From a virus, in IMG/VR virus record IMGVR_UViG_3300037504_001427, positions 1 to 64,000 of that record: 64,000 nt of DNA. One strand, given 5' to 3'. The position numbers were made by a program, and so were the translations under genes. Within the stretch, counting starts at the first letter, position 1; every line of letters starts with the position of its first letter. The notes under the pieces were generated by a model, which saw only the letters and a list, made by a program, of their open reading frames with translations, was not told the origin of the DNA and ran no database searches. This document shows, in pieces, positions 38,660-49,248 of this stretch.

Positions 38660-39150
38660 CGACATTTCCATTGTTAACTCTTACTAAGAAGACTAAACAA
38701 ACCTTCTCCAAAGAAGTTACTGTTCTAAGGGCGAATTTGATCTCATTCGGTTCTGCATGAGGGTCTCCTTCAGTTTAGAATGAGATCAAACCCCTTCTGT
38801 ATACCCAGCTTTTAGAAAAATAATCAGTGATTATACTCTGTAGAAGATGTAACCTACCTTGGGGAATGTGGTTATAATTTACTATGGCATACATAAAGCT
38901 GTGATTACGGGCTGCTTAGGGCGTGATTCTGGCCAAATTCCAGTGATTATTAAGCTCTCTTTAACAGTTTTGTGAGCTATTAGCGCTTTTGCATGAGATC
39001 GACTATTTTTAACAGATCCGTTAAATTTGGTTTTTATGTAGGAGTAATCATGTGTAGCAACACCTGATTTGGTAGCGTTTTTTTTACTGAACTGTTAAAA
39101 AGAAGGGGCCGTTTTTCCTTGCAGTTAAGAAAACCAGTGGACACTGCTGG
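38660..39150. promoter_or_regulatory. AT-rich divergent intergenic region, candidate origin and promoters
   Basis: Sharp AT rise; 13-bp inverted repeat 38736-38748/38778-38790; repeated gtgatt; adjoins the primase-helicase. Confidence 0.55.
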
Positions 39151-39192
39151 GGATCCCTCCTACGGTCTTCCTCTTCCGTCGGGGTACTGCCT

Positions 39193-41967
39193 ATGCGCGA
39201 TCTCGCAGCCGCGGTCTTTCCTGACCGCGAACCACTCGTGTTGACCTTCAAGGACAAGCATGACGATCCGGCCCTCCTTGTAGACCTTCGTGCTCCCCCG
39301 AGCCATCCGTATCAGTACCTGACGTGGGGACTTCCGGGGTGGCTCCGGTATGAGGCGGAGCGCGGGGCCGTCGCTCCGGGCACGCAGTGGGCTCGTGCGG
39401 CCCACTTGCGACGCAAGCGACAGTACCCTGCAGGAACAGCAGAGGAGGTGCGGCATACCCGAACAGGCCTAGCTGCCTCCGGTCCGCGGGAAGAGTATGG
39501 CGAGGGGATACCCTATCCTATCATGGTGGCCGAGGTTGATTATCTGCTCGTACAGCCTGGGCAGGATGATCCTGAGTTGCGCCGACTGCAGCGAAACGCA
39601 CTGGCTTACGCGCTCCAGGCTGCCAACTTCCCTTTCACAGCCCTGATCGACTCCGGAGGCAAGTCGATCCATGTCGTTATTCGCCTCCTACCTGAGTCCG
39701 GCCAGCAGTTGAGTGCGGCAGAATCAGACAAACAGATAGCCGAACAACGGGCCGGTCCCCGAGGGCGTCTTTTGGCCTATTTAATGGGGATTTTGCTTGG
39801 TAAATTGGATGTCGGGGTGTTCAAAATGTCAGGGAAGTGTACAAAACTTTGTCGTATGCCGAACGGATGGCGAGGCAGAATTAGACAAGATGTGCTTGCT
39901 GTTGGACGAGCCTACACGCTCAATGAAGTGCTGACCTATTGCTGGGAGCGGGTAGTCCCTGAGGTGCGACAGGAAGCGCAGCAGCGCGGCACATGGGAGC
40001 CTGAGAACGACCTTATCCTTTCTGATTTGCGGCGCGACCTCCTGCGCCCCCATCGGCCCGGCGAACGGGGCACGCACTGGATGCACGTTGCCAAGAAGCT
40101 ATCTGCCACCGGGATCGTGGGACCAGTGTTCCATCGTCGTCCCAGTCCGAATTTGGGACCGGCGCACAACTGGACTGCCCCGCCTCTTTGGTGGGTGGCT
40201 GCTTATGCCTTTCACCACTACAGCGACGGATGGTTCTTTTCTTTCAACGACACGGACTGGACAGACGAGGCCGAGCGTAATCGGTGGTTCACATATGCGG
40301 AAGCAACTGAGGCAGTGGAAGAAGGCCGGTACAGCGGTCGCCCAGGACACGATCGTCAGCGAGAGCAGGAAGCCGACGCCATTTATGCTCGAATGCGTGC
40401 GAATGCTGCCCAGACTGCGATGGAGGCCGATAGTGACGCAGCGGCTGAGAAGGCGATCAAGAAGCAAGCCAGCGCTCTGGAGAAGGCCCTTAAGTCTGGG
40501 GAGGATGAAAACCCCATCGAGGTGGCCGTTGTCCGTTTCTTCCAGAATTACGAGGGCGGAATTCTCCAACAGCCTGAGGGAACTCCATTACCGCTGGCGT
40601 ATTCGGTGACAGAGGGGCAGTGGAAGCGCTTTACCGGCCGATGCTGGGAGGTCATTCCGCACGAGCCGTTTGAGGCCATTTTGCGGCACCATGCTTTCAG
40701 CACAGCCCCAACGACGCGCCAATTCAATGATGTTCTGCGGGAGGTCCAGCGCGACAAGCGCCTGCGATATGAGCAGCCATGGATACCCAATCTGCACGCT
40801 ACGGTGTTCTCTAACGGGACGCTGTACTTCTCCGAACGCTTCGATGTCGTGCATTGGTATGAGGGAGTGTTCCGCCTCGAGGATCGTGTCATGAGTGTGT
40901 TGCCTCACCCGTATGTCGAGGGGGCCGAGGTCCCGAAGATATGGACCGATTGGGTGGATTACTTCGTCGGCGGTGACAACGCGAAGGCGGCGTGCTTGCA
41001 GGAGTTCGCCGGGTATTGTCTGGTGAATGGAATGCCGAAGCACAAGTTCTTAATGATCGTCGGTGATGGAGGCAACGGCAAAGGCACGTTCAAGCACGTC
41101 CTCGCCACAGCCCTCGGCGAACACAATTGTACCTCCGTGGTTCTCGCAGAGTTGGCGAAGGACTTCAACCGGGCAATGCTGCCTGGGAAGATGCTTGCTG
41201 TGGACGATGAGGGCGAGGTGTTTTCTGAGGGGACATCACGCACCGCTGGATCTGGAACAGTCAGTTATCTGAAACGCTGGATAGGCGGTGATTCAGTACA
41301 GATCAATCAGAAATACAAGGACGTCACGTCTTCTATCCTGACAGCCAAGCTGTTGGTGACCACGAATACATACCCCCGCCTCGTGGATCGCTCGGAAGGG
41401 CTCTGGCGCCGGCTTATCATGTTCAGGGTGGATGCCAAGCCGGCCAACGAGATGCCGGATGTTTATAAACTCTTGGTCCCGCACATGGTTGGGGTGGTCA
41501 AGTGGATGGTTATCGGCCTGCAGCGACTGCTCGCGAATGGACAATTCACGGTGTCGGAGCAGATGTTGGAGGAGATCAATGAGTACCGCACTGAACAGGA
41601 TTCGATTGCTCTATTCCGCTCTGAGTGCATAGTGCCGCTAGATAATAGTGGGCACAGTTCAGATGTGCGAACGGCATATGCTGTCTACAAGGAATTTTGC
41701 GCCACTAATGGTATACATCCTGTTAGAAGAGTCGAGTTCAGCAAACACATGGGCGCTGTACGGGGACCTACTGTGCGGAGAAGTGTTTATTGTGTCTGGC
41801 AAGTTCCTGTAGAGAATGCTACTGCCGCCCATCCTAATTATGTACTTAGGGGGGTCAAGTGTTTGGACTCTCTTGTTCGTCATCCACATACCCTTGTCAC
41901 ATATAAACCAACTATCGCTAGCGATACTATTCCCTTTCGTCCCGACTTAAAGAAAGCGCAGGTTTGA
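39193..41967 (+). CDS. primase-helicase (N-terminal primase-like domain, C-terminal D5/P4-type SF3 helicase)
   Basis: DSGGKSIH; Walker A GDGGNGKGT; VDDE; TTN..P; LWRRL. Confidence 0.9.
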   Translation: MRDLAAAVFPDREPLVLTFKDKHDDPALLVDLRAPPSHPYQYLTWGLPGWLRYEAERGAVAPGTQWARAAHLRRKRQYPAGTAEEVRHTRTGLAASGPREEYGEGIPYPIMVAEVDYLLVQPGQDDPELRRLQRNALAYALQAANFPFTALIDSGGKSIHVVIRLLPESGQQLSAAESDKQIAEQRAGPRGRLLAYLMGILLGKLDVGVFKMSGKCTKLCRMPNGWRGRIRQDVLAVGRAYTLNEVLTYCWERVVPEVRQEAQQRGTWEPENDLILSDLRRDLLRPHRPGERGTHWMHVAKKLSATGIVGPVFHRRPSPNLGPAHNWTAPPLWWVAAYAFHHYSDGWFFSFNDTDWTDEAERNRWFTYAEATEAVEEGRYSGRPGHDRQREQEADAIYARMRANAAQTAMEADSDAAAEKAIKKQASALEKALKSGEDENPIEVAVVRFFQNYEGGILQQPEGTPLPLAYSVTEGQWKRFTGRCWEVIPHEPFEAILRHHAFSTAPTTRQFNDVLREVQRDKRLRYEQPWIPNLHATVFSNGTLYFSERFDVVHWYEGVFRLEDRVMSVLPHPYVEGAEVPKIWTDWVDYFVGGDNAKAACLQEFAGYCLVNGMPKHKFLMIVGDGGNGKGTFKHVLATALGEHNCTSVVLAELAKDFNRAMLPGKMLAVDDEGEVFSEGTSRTAGSGTVSYLKRWIGGDSVQINQKYKDVTSSILTAKLLVTTNTYPRLVDRSEGLWRRLIMFRVDAKPANEMPDVYKLLVPHMVGVVKWMVIGLQRLLANGQFTVSEQMLEEINEYRTEQDSIALFRSECIVPLDNSGHSSDVRTAYAVYKEFCATNGIHPVRRVEFSKHMGAVRGPTVRRSVYCVWQVPVENATAAHPNYVLRGVKCLDSLVRHPHTLVTYKPTIASDTIPFRPDLKKAQV

Positions 41968-41968
41968 T

Positions 41969-42844
41969 ATGCCAACGCCTATTTCTCATTCGCAAATAGA
42001 AGAGTTCAACCGATGCCAGCGCCGATGGGCGTACAGGAAGGTTCTTGGGCTTTCTCCAGATGGCGAAGACGAAACCGCCTTGCACTATGGCGACGCAGTT
42101 CACCTCGGCTTGGAGGACATCGGTCGTTCGTATCTCGAGGGCACGACGTCGACGCAGCCGCAAGCCGCACTCCTGAAGGTCCGCGAACGACTGGCGCAGC
42201 TTGGCGAACACTCATTGGTCGATCTCGCCGAGAGTCATCTCCAGGGCTTCGTACAGCACTTCCTGCCAGGGTTCCTCAGCGAGTGGCGGATCACCGCGGT
42301 GGAGCGGGAGGTCGAGCACGTCGTCGGAGAGATGCACTGGCGCGGCAAGATCGACCTGGAAGCCATCAATCAGCGCACCGGGGTGCATGCTGTCTTCGAC
42401 TACAAGACGTCCAGTGCGCAGTATGCCCGCGAGTTGACGCGCTCGATCACGTCTTCGCACCAGTTCGCCAATTACTGCATCAGCCACTGGCGCCGGAATG
42501 GGAGCTGGCCAGGCGCTGTCGGTTACATCTTCTTGGGGAAGCCCAGAACCAAGACGCCACAGAACATGTGCCGACCCGAGAATTTCTTCATGGAAGTGCG
42601 GGATGTGTCTCCGCAGATTGCTCAATTCGCCATCAGTGTGGAGCAGGCAGACAGGGCAGTGACGACTATTATGGCCCAGATCCGCTCTGGCGTCGGGTAC
42701 TATGGCGCCGGGTTCCTCGATCATGTGCCGGCTGACTTCGGCGCCTGTTCAAAGTTCGGTTCCACCTGCGGGTTCAGCGCTGGGTGCCATGCAGGAAATC
42801 CCTTGCATCAGCAGATCGCTGAGAGACAACGGCGCAGGACATGA
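41969..42844 (+). CDS. Cas4/AddB-like PD-(D/E)XK exonuclease
   Basis: SHS....RC.RRW, G.AVH, VE, GKID, DYKT, three C-terminal Cys. Confidence 0.85.
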   Translation: MPTPISHSQIEEFNRCQRRWAYRKVLGLSPDGEDETALHYGDAVHLGLEDIGRSYLEGTTSTQPQAALLKVRERLAQLGEHSLVDLAESHLQGFVQHFLPGFLSEWRITAVEREVEHVVGEMHWRGKIDLEAINQRTGVHAVFDYKTSSAQYARELTRSITSSHQFANYCISHWRRNGSWPGAVGYIFLGKPRTKTPQNMCRPENFFMEVRDVSPQIAQFAISVEQADRAVTTIMAQIRSGVGYYGAGFLDHVPADFGACSKFGSTCGFSAGCHAGNPLHQQIAERQRRRT

Positions 42845-43935
42845 ACTTGGAAGAACAACGGGCCGCCGAGCAGGCGAGATACGAGCACATCTACAGCGGC
42901 AAGGACAAACGCTTTGTCCGCTACGGCACCTCCAACCACGGCAAGAATGCCATTCCCCAGATGCGCCAGCTAGGCCTTCTTCAGGACCGCCTGGCTGATA
43001 TCGGCGGTGGGCGAGGGCAGTTTGCGCAACAGGCTCTGGCGTCTGGGGTGAAGGAGGCCTGGTCCATTGATTTCGCTTCGTCGGTAGACAAGCACGAGGG
43101 AGGCTTCCATTCAGTGAAGGCCCCAGCGCACGACCTGCCTTTGCAGGACGGGCAAGTCAGCGTTGTCACGTCTTTTGATATGATGGAGCACCTCATTCCT
43201 GAGGAGGTGCCCGCCGTGCTGCGCGAGATGCGCCGTGTGGCCACCACAGCCGCGGTGTTCTCGATCAGTTACAGCCGGAGCAGCCACACACTCCATGATC
43301 GGGGACTGCATCTGACGATACGCCCCGAACGGTGGTGGGTGCAGCAGATCGAGAAGTACATGGACCCGGTGGAGAAGGTGTTTGTTTCCGGCGGGTATAT
43401 TTTCGCGATCTTCTCTTCCGTCTCCCGACTGAATGATGAGAACTTCGCTGGAAAGGACGTGATCGTCGTCGGAAACGGCCGAGCAAGAAGGCCGTGGCAC
43501 CCGAAGGAGGTCGTGCTCCGCTTCAATCTCTTCCAGCCTGGGCCGTGCACGTTCTGTTGGTGCGCCGGCGTGGCTCACGTCGTGCGTTCAAATGCAGGCA
43601 GGGATATCTACATCGCCGAGGACCCGCGGCCCAAGAGCATCAAGTTGCGACAGCACTACAGAGAGGCTCTGGCAGAGGCGGCGAAGGTTGCGCGGAGCGT
43701 GACATTGGTCCCCTCGTTTTTTGCATCGTCACTGCAGAAGCAGCTCGGTTCTTTTCCTTCCTCTGGCCTTCAGGCGCTCCACTATCTTATGGAGAACGAG
43801 GCCGCTTCTATTTCCATATGTGGGTTCGATCTGCTCTATTCACCCTCCGTCGAGGTATGCAAAGCACATAATCCGGCGAAGGAGCACTATCTGCTCAACA
43901 CATGGGTGCAGGAGAAGAGGATCCAGGCCTTATGA
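42841..43935 (+). CDS. class I SAM methyltransferase fused to a GT29-like glycosyltransferase domain
   Basis: DIGGGRG, SFDMMEH; VIVVGNG..VVLRFN..PSSGL..GFD. Confidence 0.7.
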   Translation: MNLEEQRAAEQARYEHIYSGKDKRFVRYGTSNHGKNAIPQMRQLGLLQDRLADIGGGRGQFAQQALASGVKEAWSIDFASSVDKHEGGFHSVKAPAHDLPLQDGQVSVVTSFDMMEHLIPEEVPAVLREMRRVATTAAVFSISYSRSSHTLHDRGLHLTIRPERWWVQQIEKYMDPVEKVFVSGGYIFAIFSSVSRLNDENFAGKDVIVVGNGRARRPWHPKEVVLRFNLFQPGPCTFCWCAGVAHVVRSNAGRDIYIAEDPRPKSIKLRQHYREALAEAAKVARSVTLVPSFFASSLQKQLGSFPSSGLQALHYLMENEAASISICGFDLLYSPSVEVCKAHNPAKEHYLLNTWVQEKRIQAL

Positions 43936-44627
43936 CTTTTGTAAGATCCTATTTGCGCCAGCATCCTGTGAAAACACGGCGGATAATCGTGCTCGGTAAT
44001 GGAAGGTCGAGGCTTTACCTCCATCTGCCGAATCTGCTCCGTTGGTGTGATAAGCGAGGACACCTCCTGGTCGGGTGCAATGCGCTCTACCGTGATGTTA
44101 TCCCGCACATGCTGGTGGCGGTGGACTCCAAGATGCAAAAGGAAATAGCGCTCGCCCAGATTCAGCATCCGGGCCAATTCAAGCGCTGTTCTTTCGTGCA
44201 GGTCGACAAACGTATTGGTCGGCGCAATATCCACATTGCAGGCAGTCGGTTCATGGAGTGGCGCCCTGATTGGCAGTCGGGCCATTCCGCGGTGCACTCA
44301 GCACTTTATTGGGTGCGCAATGAAGGGAAGCAGGAGCGGATCATTGTTCACCTTGTCGGGATGGACATGTACTCGTTCCCTGGCGAGGCAAAGAAGATCA
44401 ACAATGTTTATGTCGGCACGCAAAACTATCCCAGCACAGTGGACTCTCCTGTGTGGAATGATACTTTCGGCAAAGCGTGGGCGCGCATGTTCAACTTCAA
44501 CCCGGAAATCGAGTTTGTTTATCGTATTCCGATGACCCCTTGGAACGCACCGCCGGGGTGGGACGCAAAGAACTTGACATGTTCACGGGCGGATTACCCT
44601 TGGCAATCTGACGATTCAGCCACATAG
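43932..44627 (+). CDS. Rossmann-like transferase (MptE/Maf/GT29-like)
   Basis: VLGNGRSR, GCNALYRD, LVAVD, SG.SA, LVGMD. Confidence 0.55.
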   Translation: MTFVRSYLRQHPVKTRRIIVLGNGRSRLYLHLPNLLRWCDKRGHLLVGCNALYRDVIPHMLVAVDSKMQKEIALAQIQHPGQFKRCSFVQVDKRIGRRNIHIAGSRFMEWRPDWQSGHSAVHSALYWVRNEGKQERIIVHLVGMDMYSFPGEAKKINNVYVGTQNYPSTVDSPVWNDTFGKAWARMFNFNPEIEFVYRIPMTPWNAPPGWDAKNLTCSRADYPWQSDDSAT

Positions 44628-44651
44628 CCACTTACCTTTTTGGGAATACCT

Positions 44652-46235
44652 ATGCACCTCACAGCCCTGAAGCCCACGCGGGCTTATGCGGCCCCAGAGA
44701 CCGTCTCACACGACGATCTCATGGGCCTTCTCTCCACCCAGGTACCGAACCTGTTTCCTCACGATGCTCGGCTCCCCTTGCAGGCGGTGCTCTCTGCTTT
44801 GCAGAACACGCTCCTCTCGGTGGACGGCGTGAGCGCATCCAATGTCGCCGCCCAGGCCTATGCGTGGGTGCGCGATCTGGCAGCGCGCAAGGACGCCGGC
44901 GAGTTTGTCGGGCCCATTATCATCGATGTCAGGATCGATGCCCCTCGTTTCGTCGACTCCCCGCTGCTTCCGTTGCCTCCCAAGAAGGAGCTGCGGCTTC
45001 CGGAAGGGTATCGGTACCAGCATGCGTTGCTGGCCAGGGACACGGTCTGTTATCAGGGGACGTTCCCCACCGATGATCAATCGGCCGCCACGCTGGCCCA
45101 GTGGGCAATCTACCTCTTCACCGCCCTGGGCGCCGACCAAGAAGACGCTCTGGCATATGCCTACGACTGGCTGCTTTGCCTGCGAAGCCGCGGACAAGCC
45201 CTGGATGTTGCGCGGGTGTCTTCGCAGCCAGGAGCTGATTCTACGGCCGATGGTACTCCGCCGGACAATCCTTTGTCCAATGAGAGCGAGAAGCCCGTGC
45301 CCGAGCCGACTCCAGAGGAGGCGCCGCGGGCCACCGAGAAGCTGCCCGATACCAAGGCGCCCCCGGAGGACCCTGACAAGCGGGCCGCGTTCAACCGCCT
45401 CTCGGGAAAACAGTGTGCCTCCGTCGCAGGCTTGAAGCGATCACTGACGCGGACGCACAATATGCCGTGGGAGGAGTATTGTTCGCGCTTCGGCCTGGAT
45501 CCTGACTCCGGCCTGGACTCGAGCGCTGCCCCACGGCAGCCGACCCTGACTGATGCGATACCCGCTGAGGATCCACCGCAGGGCCCTGGAGCCCCCGCGC
45601 TGCAGCAGCCTTCGGCAGAAGGCGATGGTCAGCAAATGACCCTGGCTGATGCGGGATGCGAACTCCCGCCTCCGGAGCAGCAGATGCCCACCACGTCATC
45701 ACCCACGCCCGACCTGCCTCCGCAGTGGTTCCAGCAGCCGCAGGCTCAACCGCAGCCGCAGGCGCAGCAGCCGCAACAGCAGCAGGCTCAACCGCAGTCG
45801 CAGGCGCAGCAGCCGCAACAGCAGCAGGCTCAACCGCAGGCGCAGGCTCAACCGCAGTCGCCACGACTGGTGCGGGCACAGCAGCTTGGTGGGCCAGTCA
45901 CCCTCTGGATCATGCCGCTCAATCGGCTCCCTACTATGAGTCCTGATGACCTACGACAGTGGGCTGACGCAGGCCAGATGGCCAAGCTCGCAGAACAGGA
46001 GGCGCTGAACCAACTGAGCGTACAGGACATCGCCGATGCCAAAGGGTTCCAGAAGGGCGAGCAGACGGTCCAACGGCTGTTTGGCGAGATGCTCACACAG
46101 AACCCCTACGTCATGGTGCTCGCCAACGGCTACGATTGGGTCCTCGACAAACACAGCATCGCTACCATTCTCTCTCGTGCTGTTCAGATCGTTCAGTTTG
46201 ACCGCTCCGGCACACCAGTCACCACCGTCCTTTGA
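44652..46235 (+). CDS. multi-domain protein with MucR-like DNA-binding segment and P/Q-rich linkers
   Basis: LKRSLTRTHNMPWEEYCSRFGL; QAQPQ repeats. Confidence 0.55.
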   Translation: MHLTALKPTRAYAAPETVSHDDLMGLLSTQVPNLFPHDARLPLQAVLSALQNTLLSVDGVSASNVAAQAYAWVRDLAARKDAGEFVGPIIIDVRIDAPRFVDSPLLPLPPKKELRLPEGYRYQHALLARDTVCYQGTFPTDDQSAATLAQWAIYLFTALGADQEDALAYAYDWLLCLRSRGQALDVARVSSQPGADSTADGTPPDNPLSNESEKPVPEPTPEEAPRATEKLPDTKAPPEDPDKRAAFNRLSGKQCASVAGLKRSLTRTHNMPWEEYCSRFGLDPDSGLDSSAAPRQPTLTDAIPAEDPPQGPGAPALQQPSAEGDGQQMTLADAGCELPPPEQQMPTTSSPTPDLPPQWFQQPQAQPQPQAQQPQQQQAQPQSQAQQPQQQQAQPQAQAQPQSPRLVRAQQLGGPVTLWIMPLNRLPTMSPDDLRQWADAGQMAKLAEQEALNQLSVQDIADAKGFQKGEQTVQRLFGEMLTQNPYVMVLANGYDWVLDKHSIATILSRAVQIVQFDRSGTPVTTVL

Positions 46236-46249
46236 TAGGAAGGGAAAGC

Positions 46250-47326
46250 ATGTACAATCAGGCGCACATGGCAGCCCAAGCAAACTTGGTGCAAGCCTAT
46301 GCCAATTCACCGAATGGACCGTCCGGGGCCGACCGCCCAAAGATCCCGGATGGGACGTTTTGTGGGGAGATCACGGAGGTGGCCCTCCGGACCAGCGAGG
46401 ACCCCAAGAAGAGGGGTACCTATTACCTGTTGGCCGAGTTCCGGGTCCATTCGGGGTCTGATCCCACGGCCATTGGCCAGACCTACGGACACCCGCACCT
46501 GCTCGGGAACGAGATGGCCGAGAAGAACTTGGTGCACCTCGCTATCGCCCTGTTTGGGCCGGAGTGGGTGAGCAATTTCCAGCAGGTCCCCGATTTGGCC
46601 ACCGCCCTGGCCAATTATCGTGCCGAGGCCATCGGAAGGTATGTGCTGATCGAGGCCAAGCGGAGCAGCAAGAAGGTCCAGGAGGTGGGGTACCATGAGG
46701 CTTACCCCAATGTGTACTGGAAGGAAGGCCTGCAGGGACCCATCGATATCCCAGTCGTGACCTCGATATCTCCCCCCGCAATGCCGGCACCGCAGCAGCA
46801 GATGCAGCCTCCGCTGCCTCCTCAGCAGCAGATGCCTCCGCAGCAGCAGATGCAGCCTCCGCCGCCTCCTCAGCAGCAGCAGATGCAGCCGCAGATGCAG
46901 CCTCCGCCGCCTCCTCAGCAGCAGCAGCAGATGCAGCCGCAGATGCAGCCTCCGCCGCCACCGCAGCAGCAGATGCAGCCGCCGGCTCCTCCTCAGCAGC
47001 AGATGCAGCCGCCGGCTCCTCAGCAGCAGATGCAGATGCAGCCGCCGGCGCCTCCTCAACAGCAGATGCAGCCTCCGCCACCGCAGCAGCAGCAGCAGAT
47101 GCAGCCTCCGCCGCCTCAGCAGCAGATGCAGCCTCCAGCACCGCCGCAGCCACCGGCACCGCCTCAGCAGCAGATGCAGCCTCCAGCACCGCCGCAGCCA
47201 CCGGCACCGCCGCAGCAGCAGATGCAGCCGCCGGCGCCTCCTCAGCAGCAGCAGATGCAGCCGCCGGCGCCTCCTCAGCAGCAGCAGATGCAGTCTCCAG
47301 CACCACCGCCTTTTCCCGTCCCGTGA
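46250..47326 (+). CDS. SSB-like (DUF669-type) protein with long P/Q/M tail
   Basis: IPDGTFCGEITEV...EFRV pattern, replication context; tandem cagcagatgcagcc repeats. Confidence 0.55.
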   Translation: MYNQAHMAAQANLVQAYANSPNGPSGADRPKIPDGTFCGEITEVALRTSEDPKKRGTYYLLAEFRVHSGSDPTAIGQTYGHPHLLGNEMAEKNLVHLAIALFGPEWVSNFQQVPDLATALANYRAEAIGRYVLIEAKRSSKKVQEVGYHEAYPNVYWKEGLQGPIDIPVVTSISPPAMPAPQQQMQPPLPPQQQMPPQQQMQPPPPPQQQQMQPQMQPPPPPQQQQQMQPQMQPPPPPQQQMQPPAPPQQQMQPPAPQQQMQMQPPAPPQQQMQPPPPQQQQQMQPPPPQQQMQPPAPPQPPAPPQQQMQPPAPPQPPAPPQQQMQPPAPPQQQQMQPPAPPQQQQMQSPAPPPFPVP

Positions 47327-49248
47327 CCACTATATGCGGGTTTGACACCGAGACGTATCTCATCACAGAGCGCACGCAGGCCCCTAAGCCGGTCTGCGTG
47401 ACGCTCTGCTGGGACTCTTCGCAACCGTGTATTGTCTCTACCGATGATCCGTGGCTGAGACAGTTCTTGTGGACGGATATAGTACTGGTCGGGGTCAATA
47501 TAGCTTTCGACCTTTGTGTTATGATGCGCTGGCAGCCAGATTTGATCCCCGCCTTCATTCGATTGCTGGATGAGGGGCGCATTATTGATCTTGGGATACG
47601 CGAACAGTTGCGCCACTTGGAGACTATCGGGAGGAAAGACTACCCGATGTTCGTGAGCATGGCGAGGCTTGCCGATAAATACATGGGCAAGGATCTTTCG
47701 TCCGCCAAGGAGGGAGGATGGCGTCTGCGGTACGGCACCCTCGATGGAACACCGTTTTCACAGTGGCCGCAGGCAGCGTTGGAGTATGCTTTGGAGGATG
47801 CGCGGCTATCCTTCGAGTTGTTTTTTGCTCAAGCGCAGTCGGAGAAGTATCCGACCGAGGACATCCAGGTCCGAGCGGCTGTCGTATTGGCCGTCGTGCG
47901 AATCAACGGGCTGCGGGTAGATCCTGAGGTCAATGCCCAGTATAGGGCAGACCTGGAGGAGGTTGTCGCTTCTCGTCAGGCGGCCATCGCCCACCGGACA
48001 TGGGTAGGTAAAGGAAGCCAAGAGAAACTGCGTGCCGATGTGCTTGCTGCGGTGCGCTATCAGCAGGCAACGAAGCTCGCCACACACGGCCTGGATTTCG
48101 GCCGCATAAAAGAGGCCCTTGGAGAGCGGGAGTGCCTGGTAGAACTGTCTCGCCGCGAACCAGCATTGTTTTTTGGGGCAGAGAAAACCCTGGAATTTTT
48201 GCCTCCCATAGACAAGACTCCGAAGGGGGCTATCCAGACGGGAAAGGAACAACTGGAGAGACTGTACGATGTGGTGCCCGAGTTCAGGTCCTTGGTCGAA
48301 TTGGAACACGCAGAGAAGATGCTTTCTACATATGTAAAACCTTACGCAAAACCCGAGGTTCATTCGACGTTCATACCGATGGTCACCACAGGCCGGACCT
48401 CCTCTACCAAGCCCAACATACAAAACATCCCCGACCATTATCGAGGCCAGTTCATTCCACGGGATGGGTATTTGTATGGCACTGTCGATTATTCCGCTGT
48501 GGAGTTACGCACGCTTGCCGCAACCATCCGTACATGGTTTCCGGATATTCCATGCAAACTCGGGGAGATGCTGGACCGACCAGCGGATGATGCGCACTGT
48601 TATGTTGCGTCTTTCCTTGCAGGCATCCCATACGAAGAGATCCTTCAGAATAAAAAGCAAGAGCCCTATAAGAAGTACCGCCAGGGAGCAAAAGCTACCA
48701 ACTTTGGAAAACCCGGAGGTCTCGGCCATAAAGCGTTTATGCGCTACGCCTCTGATTCGTATGGCGTTGAGTTCACCCTTGATCAAGCGAAGCAGGCCGA
48801 CCAGGCTTGGAGGAGCGCCTTCCCAGAAATTGCAGGCCATTATCTGAAGAGAAGCGCATCTCTCACAGGGAAGTTCGGCGGAAGAGGCTTGGCTCAGAAT
48901 ATCCTTGGCAGGAAAAAAGCACAGTGCACCTTTACTGAGATCAGCAACTTCCCCTTCCAGTCCCTTGCTGCGGACGGAGTGAAGATAGCCCTGTATTGGA
49001 TCTTCCGCGAAATGGTGTTGGCCTGGTGCCGCCGCAAGTATGGTGTGAACCAGCCCGATTCTCCACTGGCGTACAGTGGCCTGGCCAATTTCGTGCACGA
49101 CGAGGTACTCATGGAACACAGGAAGGAAGAGGCCGACGAGGCGTTCTCTCGACAGCAGGAATTGATGATCGCTGGCATGGAGTGTGCTTGTGAACACAAG
49201 GTACCCATCCTTGTGGAGGGGGAACTCAGCACGAGATGGTCACACTGA
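47323..49248 (+). CDS. polA: DNA polymerase family A with 3'-5' exonuclease
   Basis: FDTET, N..FD, YALED; TGRTSS..PNIQN, DYSAVELR, R..AK..NFG, QS.AAD, VHDE. Confidence 0.92.
   Translation: MTTICGFDTETYLITERTQAPKPVCVTLCWDSSQPCIVSTDDPWLRQFLWTDIVLVGVNIAFDLCVMMRWQPDLIPAFIRLLDEGRIIDLGIREQLRHLETIGRKDYPMFVSMARLADKYMGKDLSSAKEGGWRLRYGTLDGTPFSQWPQAALEYALEDARLSFELFFAQAQSEKYPTEDIQVRAAVVLAVVRINGLRVDPEVNAQYRADLEEVVASRQAAIAHRTWVGKGSQEKLRADVLAAVRYQQATKLATHGLDFGRIKEALGERECLVELSRREPALFFGAEKTLEFLPPIDKTPKGAIQTGKEQLERLYDVVPEFRSLVELEHAEKMLSTYVKPYAKPEVHSTFIPMVTTGRTSSTKPNIQNIPDHYRGQFIPRDGYLYGTVDYSAVELRTLAATIRTWFPDIPCKLGEMLDRPADDAHCYVASFLAGIPYEEILQNKKQEPYKKYRQGAKATNFGKPGGLGHKAFMRYASDSYGVEFTLDQAKQADQAWRSAFPEIAGHYLKRSASLTGKFGGRGLAQNILGRKKAQCTFTEISNFPFQSLAADGVKIALYWIFREMVLAWCRRKYGVNQPDSPLAYSGLANFVHDEVLMEHRKEEADEAFSRQQELMIAGMECACEHKVPILVEGELSTRWSH

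Noticed and set aside
41969-42844. Cas4 of a CRISPR-Cas locus
   Set aside because: Stand-alone Cas4-like exonucleases are common in viral replication operons, and no other cas genes are present.
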